A stretch of DNA of 64,000 bases from IMG/VR virus record IMGVR_UViG_3300002091_000027, positions 1 to 64,000 of that record. One strand, given 5' to 3'. The DNA comes from a virus (taxonomy: Duplodnaviria; Caudoviricetes). Below are positions 29,391 through 36,615 of the stretch, piece after piece. The number at the start of each line of letters is the position of its first letter. Within the stretch, counting starts at the first letter, position 1. The position numbers were made by a program, and so were the translations under genes. A model generated the notes under the pieces. The model saw only the letters and a list, made by a program, of their open reading frames with translations, was not told the DNA's origin and did no database searches.

Positions 29391-31247
29391 ATGTCTTTGG
29401 AAAAGAATATATATGTACAACGGAGTGAAACTCTCAATGGTGTACTAAGATACAGCTCTTTGGACCAAGAAGTCAAGAAATTATTTTCTCTTGATTCTTA
29501 CGGCACTCTTCGTAACCGTGACAAGATCAGTATGTTTGATGACTTGATCAGGTATAAAGGATACGAATTAGAGTTTGAAGATAATGCTGCCAAAGAACGT
29601 TACAATACTCTTTTAGCCTGTAGTAAGAATCCTTATGAAGTTGATAGTCCTTTCCTGGTTGATCACCAATTGTTCCCTTTTCAACATGTTGGGCTAAACT
29701 ACGTATGGGAACAAATGCACTCTGACAAACCAAGAGTTCTAGTACAATGGGACACAGGTGCTGGTAAAACCCTGCTTAGTTGTTTAACTAGCCAAAAACT
29801 TTTTGACAACGATGATATTGACCAAGTTCTAGTATTTTGCAAGAAAATTAAACAATATGACTGGGAACAAGAATATAAACGTATGACCCACCTTACGGTT
29901 GACCGGGTTAATGAAAAAATGACACGCATTAAACGTCATGCATTTTACAAAGAAACTCAGGCCCAAGTATTAGTACTTAACTATGAAAAAGTCCGTGATG
30001 GGTCTATGAAAAAAGTTAAGGGAGAACGTCGTAGGATTAAATCTTATGACCGTACTGATTTAGAACAAGTGTTGGAAATGGTAAAGGGTAAACGCATTCT
30101 TGTTGTAATTGACGAATCCCAAAAAATAAATACTGGAACTAGTTTGTTGAGTGATGGATTTTTTAAATTAATCAACCAAGAAGGTATTGATGCTAAAGTA
30201 CTTGCTCTTACTGCTACGCCATATACAACCAGTCCATTAAACATTCGTAACATTATGGCAGTAGTTGCTCCTGGCATACCAGATGTAAGCGACATGAATC
30301 GTGATAAATTTAAAGCTATGTATGGCAAAGAGTTTGGATTCTTTAACAATGGTTTTGTTCAAGAAACTTATGTAAAAGAATGGGATCGTCAAAAATTACC
30401 CATCCTTGGCAAGAAACATGAAGATTGGACTCACATCGCAATGAAAAGTGATCCTACTATTGCTGCGCAATTTCCGGAAAGCATGCCTAAACGATTGGTA
30501 TATGAACTATCAGATATTGACCGTGAAATTTATGATTGGGCTGAAGAACGTGCTCGTGAACGTTATAATCCTGATAACACTGTAGCTAACTGGTCTTATA
30601 TTGATACTCTTCGCATGATTTGTAATTCTACAGAAGGTCTTAAGAACAGTGATGGCAATTTTGCTAAAGAAATTGTAGCTGAGTTCGGTTCAGATATCAG
30701 TATTCTTAATAGTTCTAAGTATCAGTTGATTGAAGACAATTTAGAATCTTATATTGAGAATGGCGACAAAGCGGTCTTGTTTACTTTTTGGACACATGGA
30801 ACTTTGTTCCCATACCTAGAAGCATTGAAAGCAAAATTTGCTGGTATTCCAATCTTGCCAATTTGGGGAGTGGGTATGAGCAGCGATGAAGTAACCAAAA
30901 ATATTAAAATTTTTAATGAAACCAAAGGTCCTGCTATACTGATTACCAGTGACGTAGGTCAGGAAGGTTTAAATCTATATGCACCATATCTTTGGAATAT
31001 CGAAATTCCTAGGACTTACTCAGACTACAAACAAAGGGCAAACCGTATCAATCGTGCCGATAGCAAGTCAAAGGGCATTAGTCATACCTGGATCTACCGT
31101 CCAGTTGCAGTGGGAACTATTGAGGAGCGGGTGGATGCAAAAATTCTTAGAAGAAGAGCAGAGGCGGAAGCCATTAGGGGAGTTGTAGACGAAAACGCCA
31201 ATATGGAAGATACTATTGATTTAACCCCCAAAGGGTTCCTATTTTAA
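29391..31247 (+). CDS. SNF2-family (SF2) helicase/ATPase
   Basis: LFPFQHVG, DTGAGKT (Walker A), VIDESQ (Walker B), LTATP, SDVGQEGLNL, QRANRINR. Confidence 0.9.
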   Translation: MSLEKNIYVQRSETLNGVLRYSSLDQEVKKLFSLDSYGTLRNRDKISMFDDLIRYKGYELEFEDNAAKERYNTLLACSKNPYEVDSPFLVDHQLFPFQHVGLNYVWEQMHSDKPRVLVQWDTGAGKTLLSCLTSQKLFDNDDIDQVLVFCKKIKQYDWEQEYKRMTHLTVDRVNEKMTRIKRHAFYKETQAQVLVLNYEKVRDGSMKKVKGERRRIKSYDRTDLEQVLEMVKGKRILVVIDESQKINTGTSLLSDGFFKLINQEGIDAKVLALTATPYTTSPLNIRNIMAVVAPGIPDVSDMNRDKFKAMYGKEFGFFNNGFVQETYVKEWDRQKLPILGKKHEDWTHIAMKSDPTIAAQFPESMPKRLVYELSDIDREIYDWAEERARERYNPDNTVANWSYIDTLRMICNSTEGLKNSDGNFAKEIVAEFGSDISILNSSKYQLIEDNLESYIENGDKAVLFTFWTHGTLFPYLEALKAKFAGIPILPIWGVGMSSDEVTKNIKIFNETKGPAILITSDVGQEGLNLYAPYLWNIEIPRTYSDYKQRANRINRADSKSKGISHTWIYRPVAVGTIEERVDAKILRRRAEAEAIRGVVDENANMEDTIDLTPKGFLF

Positions 31248-31290
31248 CTGAAAGGATGTAAAAAAGAAGGAAAACTGGTCCTAGATAGTG

Positions 31291-31384
31291 AAGAGAGCTT
31301 AATCTAAAGCTTCTTCCTGAAGGGCCTGGTCTTCCTCGGGAGTTGCAGTCGGTGTTCTTACCTTGACTCCTCCCGAGGCCCTTC
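31291..31384 (+). ncRNA. Structured GC-rich RNA element upstream of whiB (family unassigned)
   Basis: Hairpin 31291-31315; CCTCGGGAG (31334-42) pairs with CTCCCGAGG (31370-78); GAAGGGCCT (31319-27) pairs with AGGCCCTTC (31376-84); inner AGTC/GACT and GGT/ACC helices. Confidence 0.5.
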
Positions 31385-31395
31385 CGTAAAACAAC

Positions 31396-31797
31396 ATGGA
31401 AAATTTAACAGTAGATTATAAATGGCAAGATGATGCTATATGTGCTAAACTAGATCTCTCAATGTTCTATCCAGCGCATGGACAAAAATATTCCAAAGAA
31501 GCTATTGAAGCTTGCAAAATTTGTCCAGTCAGTTATGAATGTTTAAAGCATGCTTTAAAGTATGAAGAACACGGGTATTGGGCTGGTACAACACCAGTGC
31601 AACGTGTCAAACTTCGTAAAAACATGGGTATAAAAGTAGAAAATATCACGTTTGAATCTGATAAAATTGTCAAGGAAGAATTGTTGAAAAAAGCTGAAGC
31701 TGCTTCTAATCAAAAAATTAAAGGTCGTGGCAGAAAACCATACAAGAACTTGACAACAGACTATGTTGATGGTACTATCCTAGATGAAGATCTATAA
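31396..31797 (+). CDS. whiB: WhiB-family Fe-S transcription factor
   Basis: WQDDAIC, CKICPV...C (four Cys), GYWAGTT turn; C-terminal KGRGRKP. Confidence 0.92.
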   Translation: MENLTVDYKWQDDAICAKLDLSMFYPAHGQKYSKEAIEACKICPVSYECLKHALKYEEHGYWAGTTPVQRVKLRKNMGIKVENITFESDKIVKEELLKKAEAASNQKIKGRGRKPYKNLTTDYVDGTILDEDL

Positions 31798-31807
31798 GGA
31801 GTAGCGG

Positions 31808-33103
31808 ATGAATAAAACTCGAGTGCTTGCGTGGGGTGACTACGCATGTAGTACTGGATTTGGTACCGTAATGAAAAACATTATGAGTGAACTTCATAAA
31901 TCAGGTCAGTATGAAATTGATGTAGTAGGTGTTAACTACGATGGTGGTCCATACGATACTAATAAATGGCCTGGTACTCTATGGCCAGCTATCAGTGCTC
32001 TTCGTACACAAGGACCATACGGTGACGTATTTGGTCGTCAAGTTTTTCTTGACCTACTGGCACAACGTCCATACGATTTAGTTTTTATTGTACAAGATAC
32101 TTTCATTGTACTTGACATCGTTACTCAGATTACTGAATTACAGAATACTAAGCCAGGTAGTTTTAAAACCATTTACTATTACCCATTTGATTGCGGCCCA
32201 CGTGAAGAATGGGTTACTAAGTGTGTTGCTCATTTTGACTACCCTGTTGCGTATACTGAATACGCTAAGAATGAAAGTCGCAAATTTATTGGTGAATTTG
32301 CAGATGACCAACATGTTATCTACCATGGAACTAATATCAAAGATTTCTTTGCTATGGATAAACTAAAGAAAGCCGAAGCACGTAAGCAAATCTTCCCGGA
32401 ACAAATGCGTGATAAATTTATTATTACCAATGTTAACCGTAATCAGGGTCGCAAGGATATTTCGCGTAGTCTTATGATTATGAAAGAAATTGTAAACCGT
32501 GGCGTAGAAGATGTGTTTCTTTACATGCACATGCAAGAGAAAGACTTTGGTGGCAGTGTTCTAGAAATGGCACGTGCAATGGGTCTTGATCCAAATAAAC
32601 ACTTTACAGTTCCAGATCCACGTCAATTTGGTGCACACAGTGGATTTCCTGTTGAATTCTTGAATGGTATTTACAATGCTAGTGATGCATATCTAACTAC
32701 TACTCATGGTGAAGGTTGGGGGTTGAGTATTACTGAAGCCATGGCTACAAAGCTACCAGTAGTTGCACCGCGTAATACCAGTGTTCCAGAAATTCTTGGA
32801 GAGAATGCTGAACGTGGATGGATTGTTGATAGTGGTCACACACCTTCTCACTGGATTATCAAGGACAACGACAATGAACGTATGCGTCCTTTGATGAGTG
32901 TAGAACAAGCAGCTGATGCTATTATGTACATCAAAGATAATCCTGAAGAAGCACAAGCTAAGGCTAATCTTGCTCACGATTGGATCCAAGAGCACACATG
33001 GAATAATATTTGTAAACAATGGAAACTTCTTTTTTCAGAAGCAAAAAAGAGTCTTGAAGATAAGCGTAAGATTTTGGCCTCAGTGCCACCAAAGATTGGA
33101 TAG
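31808..33103 (+). CDS. GT-B (GT4-like) glycosyltransferase
   Basis: TGFGTV N-terminus, NVNRNQGRKD, YNASDAYLTTTHGEGWGLSITEAMATKLPVV (Ex7E). Confidence 0.92.
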   Translation: MNKTRVLAWGDYACSTGFGTVMKNIMSELHKSGQYEIDVVGVNYDGGPYDTNKWPGTLWPAISALRTQGPYGDVFGRQVFLDLLAQRPYDLVFIVQDTFIVLDIVTQITELQNTKPGSFKTIYYYPFDCGPREEWVTKCVAHFDYPVAYTEYAKNESRKFIGEFADDQHVIYHGTNIKDFFAMDKLKKAEARKQIFPEQMRDKFIITNVNRNQGRKDISRSLMIMKEIVNRGVEDVFLYMHMQEKDFGGSVLEMARAMGLDPNKHFTVPDPRQFGAHSGFPVEFLNGIYNASDAYLTTTHGEGWGLSITEAMATKLPVVAPRNTSVPEILGENAERGWIVDSGHTPSHWIIKDNDNERMRPLMSVEQAADAIMYIKDNPEEAQAKANLAHDWIQEHTWNNICKQWKLLFSEAKKSLEDKRKILASVPPKIG

Positions 33104-33105
33104 TT

Positions 33106-33291
33106 ATGACATTCGAAGAATGGTTGCAATACGGTGTAGACCACCAATATTGCAGTGAACAGTTCTGCAGTACTCACGATGGTTTTCCTATGCATAATAG
33201 CGAAGAACAGTCATGGGAAGACGGTGGAGACCCTTGTGCACATGTCGTGCGTTTGGGATCATATGATGATTGGAACATAGGAGAAGAATAA
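33106..33291 (+). CDS. Small hypothetical protein of a type common in actinophages
   Basis: MTFEEWLQYG...CSTHDG.P...E...GGDPC.H..R Cys/His pattern. Confidence 0.6.
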   Translation: MTFEEWLQYGVDHQYCSEQFCSTHDGFPMHNSEEQSWEDGGDPCAHVVRLGSYDDWNIGEE

Positions 33292-33293
33292 CA

Positions 33294-33458
33294 ATGGGTG
33301 CAGGACAAAATTTTTTAAATTGGTTGCAAGGAACTTTTGGTGGCAATAACAATTCACCACTTCCAGATTTCCCACTTCCAGTAGGAGATAAAGCTCCAAC
33401 AGCAAAGCCAAAGAAAGCAGCACCTAAGAAGGCTGCACCAAAGAAGAAGGAATCATAA
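33294..33458 (+). CDS. Small basic protein with histone H1/HupB-like tail
   Basis: KAPTAKPKKAAPKKAAPKKK; ATG 33294 after AGGAG. Confidence 0.6.
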   Translation: MGAGQNFLNWLQGTFGGNNNSPLPDFPLPVGDKAPTAKPKKAAPKKAAPKKKES

Positions 33459-33619
33459 TGCATATAGTACTAGTATTTTTATTTCCAGCACTTTTCTTTA
33501 CGTTTGTTGGTTATTTTATCCATATGTTTAGAGAGGGTGTAAAAAGTGGTATCTACCAAAAGTCCACCGCTCCTAAAAGGAATTGCAAATGTGGTGGCAA
33601 TTGTAAGTGTAAGAAGTAA
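33458..33619 (+). CDS. 53-aa membrane protein with Cys-rich tail
   Basis: Hydrophobic N-terminal helix, ends in CKCGGNCKCKK; TAATG coupling at both ends. Confidence 0.6.
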   Translation: MHIVLVFLFPALFFTFVGYFIHMFREGVKSGIYQKSTAPKRNCKCGGNCKCKK

Positions 33620-33846
33620 TGACACTCAATCAAGCTGCAAAAATTATGCTTGAATTAGCTAAGATACCAGCACAACCAAAATTAATAGCTGCATTTAGTA
33701 ACCCTGGACCAAATAGTATGTGGATTAAAGGTGTAATTAAAACAGCTTCACCAGCAGCCAATAGCATGGTTAATCCAGCTTACGAAGAAGCACTCAATGT
33801 TTTGCGCGACAACGGGATTGATGTTAATATATACGACACCAACTAA
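33619..33846 (+). CDS. Hypothetical protein
   Basis: ORF track; coupled start. Confidence 0.55.
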   Translation: MTLNQAAKIMLELAKIPAQPKLIAAFSNPGPNSMWIKGVIKTASPAANSMVNPAYEEALNVLRDNGIDVNIYDTN

Positions 33847-33858
33847 GTAGGGAGTGAA

Positions 33859-34035
33859 ATGCATCACGAAACATGGTGGACTATTCTTAGTGATCCAAAT
33901 CATTTGATTGCTGAGAGCATAGTGACTATAGTAGAAGAACTGGTTGTTTTTGTTCTTGGGTATTACCTAGGACGCAAGAAGATCTGGCAAAAGATTCACA
34001 AGCAATTTGACAAGGAACACAACATCGAACACTAG
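33859..34035 (+). CDS. 58-aa membrane protein
   Basis: RBS AGGGAG; MHHETWWTILSDPNHLIAE...one TM helix...FDKEHNIEH. Confidence 0.65.
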   Translation: MHHETWWTILSDPNHLIAESIVTIVEELVVFVLGYYLGRKKIWQKIHKQFDKEHNIEH

Positions 34036-34108
34036 GCCCTAGTAGCTCAACGGATAGAGCATCGGAGTTCTAACCCGCAGGTTGCAAGTTCGAGTCTTGC
34101 CTGGGGCA
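34036..34108 (+). tRNA. tRNA-Arg(UCU), no encoded CCA, weakened anticodon stem
   Basis: Acceptor GCCCTAG/CTGGGGC, D-stem GCTC/GAGC, T-arm GCAAG-TTCGAGT-CTTGC, anticodon TCT at 34069-71. Confidence 0.88.
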
Positions 34109-34140
34109 CGCAATCAAACAATTAAAAGTAAGGAATAAAG

Positions 34141-34476
34141 ATGGAAGCATATACAAAACATTTTCTTAAAGCTGGTTCACAGTTTTATTTAGCTTCATTG
34201 TTAAATAAAATGGCCAAAGAAAACGAAAAAAGGCGAATGATGGAATTGGAAAACGAAAACAATAATATGCCACAAGATAATAATGGTCCACGCATGGAAT
34301 TCCATTTTTATGAAAGCTCAGTAATAAGAATTATGGGTGTGATATCATCGTTTATAGAAGTTTCATTAAAGAATGGAATTGAAGTAGATCCATTTCTAAT
34401 GAATGAATCTCAGGATATAATGAACAGTTTGCAAGAATTAATGGACGCAAAGAGGAAAAATAATAATGGAAATTAA
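34141..34476 (+). CDS. Hypothetical protein
   Basis: ORF with RBS AAGGA. Confidence 0.55.
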   Translation: MEAYTKHFLKAGSQFYLASLLNKMAKENEKRRMMELENENNNMPQDNNGPRMEFHFYESSVIRIMGVISSFIEVSLKNGIEVDPFLMNESQDIMNSLQELMDAKRKNNNGN

Positions 34477-34825
34477 ACTTAGTGTAAGCATTGGAGCAAC
34501 GCTCCAAGTAAAGAACGAAAAAGGTGATTGGGACTGGATCAAACCAGAAGTGGGTTGTGAGGTTAAATTGATTGATGGTGAAATCAAAGCCGAAACAATG
34601 CCAACACAATTTGCTGCTATGTGGGATGAAGTTGTAGGTCCTCAGTTTGCATCAGTAGTACAAGAACTTTTGACTCAACAAACTCTCAAAGAAGAAGAGG
34701 CTGTTGAAGAAACAACAGAAGATGATACCATTGTTGGTGAAGCTATATCGTCAGAAGAATTTATTGAAAAGCTTGAATCTATTATGGAAGATGATACAGC
34801 TAATGATGATGAGGAATATTACTAA
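34466..34825 (+). CDS. Acidic hypothetical protein
   Basis: ORF track; coupled with its neighbours. Confidence 0.6.
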   Translation: MEIKLSVSIGATLQVKNEKGDWDWIKPEVGCEVKLIDGEIKAETMPTQFAAMWDEVVGPQFASVVQELLTQQTLKEEEAVEETTEDDTIVGEAISSEEFIEKLESIMEDDTANDDEEYY

Positions 34826-34971
34826 TGCAAGTTTGGGTTGTAACTACCAAGGAAAAGAACAAAGTAGTTGGCGTTTATTCAGAAGCTGAGTATGCCAAGA
34901 AAAACATTAAGAATCCTGAGAATGTAAATATTCAAAAGATTCAAGTGAATGCCACCCTTAAAAAAGGATAA
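34825..34971 (+). CDS. 48-aa hypothetical protein
   Basis: TAATG-coupled; MQVWVVTTKEKNKVVGVYS... Confidence 0.5.
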   Translation: MQVWVVTTKEKNKVVGVYSEAEYAKKNIKNPENVNIQKIQVNATLKKG

Positions 34972-34973
34972 TC

Positions 34974-35540
34974 ATGACAGTACTAGCTGCTGCAATCACA
35001 AAATTAGATGGAATCGTTATAGCCGCTGACTCTCAATTCACTTGGGATTATTCCAAGAGTGACGAGGGTCCTACTAAGCTATGGGTCGAAAAAGATCGTA
35101 AATACATTTTTGGTGGTTGTGGCAGCGTTAGAGCTATGCAAGTAGTTCAGTATTGGACTGAATGGCCTGAGTTTCGTGATTTCCATGAAATAGATAGATT
35201 TGCTGTCAGGGACATTGTTCCTGCAATTCGTGAAGCATTGAATGAACATGGTGCATTGGAAAGTTCCAGAAAAGTTGAAACATTTGGTGCTGGTATCATT
35301 ATGGCATGGAACAGTAACCTGGTTGTCATTGATGAAGATTTTACTGTTGCTATTCCTGTTAGTGGACGTTGGGCAATGGGATCAGGTGCCAGTGAAGCTT
35401 TTGGTAGTCTTGGTGATGAAGGACCTTGGACTAAAGCAGATGTTATTAAAGCTGCTCGTGCTGCCAAGAAAACAGCACTAGGCGTTGGTGGAGATATCTA
35501 CTACGTAACCACAAAAAGCATGGAAATTAGAAAAGCGTAA
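34974..35540 (+). CDS. Ntn-hydrolase threonine protease (HslV/proteasome beta-like)
   Basis: Thr directly after Met, IAADSQ, TKL and AMGSG: the full proteasome-type catalytic set. Confidence 0.85.
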   Translation: MTVLAAAITKLDGIVIAADSQFTWDYSKSDEGPTKLWVEKDRKYIFGGCGSVRAMQVVQYWTEWPEFRDFHEIDRFAVRDIVPAIREALNEHGALESSRKVETFGAGIIMAWNSNLVVIDEDFTVAIPVSGRWAMGSGASEAFGSLGDEGPWTKADVIKAARAAKKTALGVGGDIYYVTTKSMEIRKA

Positions 35541-35545
35541 CCGAT

Positions 35546-35574
35546 TTGATTCCCAACAACTATTATGTTACTAT
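35546..35574 (+). promoter_or_regulatory. SigA-type promoter TTGATT-N17-TACTAT with extended TG
   Basis: Intergenic; followed by RBS AAGGAG and ATG 35604. Confidence 0.65.
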
Positions 35575-35603
35575 AAGTACAAACCTAAGTAAGGAGAATA
35601 GAA

Positions 35604-36293
35604 ATGCCACAAAATTATATTATGCCCAAGAAGAAGGAAGTTACTACTACCAACCTTCGGGAGGTTACGGAACCTACCTATGGGGAATCAGCCAAAGCTC
35701 CAACCAGAGCTGACATTCGTCGCAACAGTGCTGACGAGAATGGCCTCGTAGTAGCTGTAGAAGCATTTGGCGTACTCAATGAAGTTATGTACACGAGTGA
35801 CCTCAGTGAAGTTCGACCATTGGCCTCAATAGAAATTGATATGCTTGCTGCTGAACTTGTAGCAGTTCGTACGGCCAAAGACATTGTTGAAGGACGTGAA
35901 GCTGCTATTAAGAAGTATGCTACTGAAGTCATTGACCTTATGATTAACATGCAGGGAGAAGATCCAACAGCAACTAGTGGATACCTTGTTAGCCCTGAGA
36001 ATGGCATCAAACTTTCTAAAGAAGTGTCTGGTGGCAAGCTTACGGTAGACATTGATTTATTGCAAAAAATTTTAGATGATGATCAATTTAAGTCAGTTGT
36101 TAATGTCGTAGAGACTATTACCAAAACTCAAACTCCAGATGGTAAAGTCACCACTGTTGCATCTGTCGTTCATGAACTTAATGAAGATGCGCTAGAGAAG
36201 CAACTTAAGCTCGGCAATATTGGTATGGAACAAATCGTTCAAGCTACTACTCCAGGTAAGGTGCGTTCAGCATTTTATGTCAGAAGTCTCTAA
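35604..36293 (+). CDS. Hypothetical protein (possibly Gam/Gp157-like)
   Basis: Helical segment followed by a TVDIDLL...ELNEDAL pattern; weak resemblance only. Confidence 0.35.
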   Translation: MPQNYIMPKKKEVTTTNLREVTEPTYGESAKAPTRADIRRNSADENGLVVAVEAFGVLNEVMYTSDLSEVRPLASIEIDMLAAELVAVRTAKDIVEGREAAIKKYATEVIDLMINMQGEDPTATSGYLVSPENGIKLSKEVSGGKLTVDIDLLQKILDDDQFKSVVNVVETITKTQTPDGKVTTVASVVHELNEDALEKQLKLGNIGMEQIVQATTPGKVRSAFYVRSL

Positions 36294-36615
36294 AAGACCA
36301 CAACGCACACCATCAATACGTGATAACATTCCCATGTACACACAAGGTATGGCTGCAGCATTCTTTGATCTACGACCAGAAGCATTTCGTGCTAAGGAAC
36401 GTCACTATAAGGATCACATAGATATCCAAAGAAGTGCTGCAGGCACACGTATGTATAGTCTGAATGATATATTAAAGATAGCTCACTTTCTCAGAAAAGT
36501 AGATAAAATGACAGACCGCCAACTCCGGTTAATCATCTTAAGAGTTGATGCCTTTAAAGAACCTATAAAGAAAAGTCGCAAGAGATATCGCAAAGGCAAT
36601 TACGACAATGAATAA
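36277..36615 (+). CDS. MerR-like HTH DNA-binding protein
   Basis: YTQGMAAAFFDL...FRAKER...RSAAGTRMYSLNDI. Confidence 0.7.
   Translation: MSEVSKRPQRTPSIRDNIPMYTQGMAAAFFDLRPEAFRAKERHYKDHIDIQRSAAGTRMYSLNDILKIAHFLRKVDKMTDRQLRLIILRVDAFKEPIKKSRKRYRKGNYDNE

Noticed and set aside
31319-31384. Identification of the whiB-upstream structure as SRP RNA or a tRNA
   Set aside because: Neither strand shows the SRP domain IV motif or a T-loop/cloverleaf.
31363-31392. TTGACT-N18-TAAAAC as the whiB promoter
   Set aside because: The -10 box lacks the final T and the implied +1 would fall inside the start codon; kept only as part of the RNA-structure finding.
34062-34078. Reading the tRNA anticodon as CUA (amber suppressor) by shifting one base
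   Set aside because: The shifted register destroys the stem pairing, the arm lengths fit TCT, and TAG serves as a normal stop for sheath, SSB and dnaE with no genes broken by TAG.
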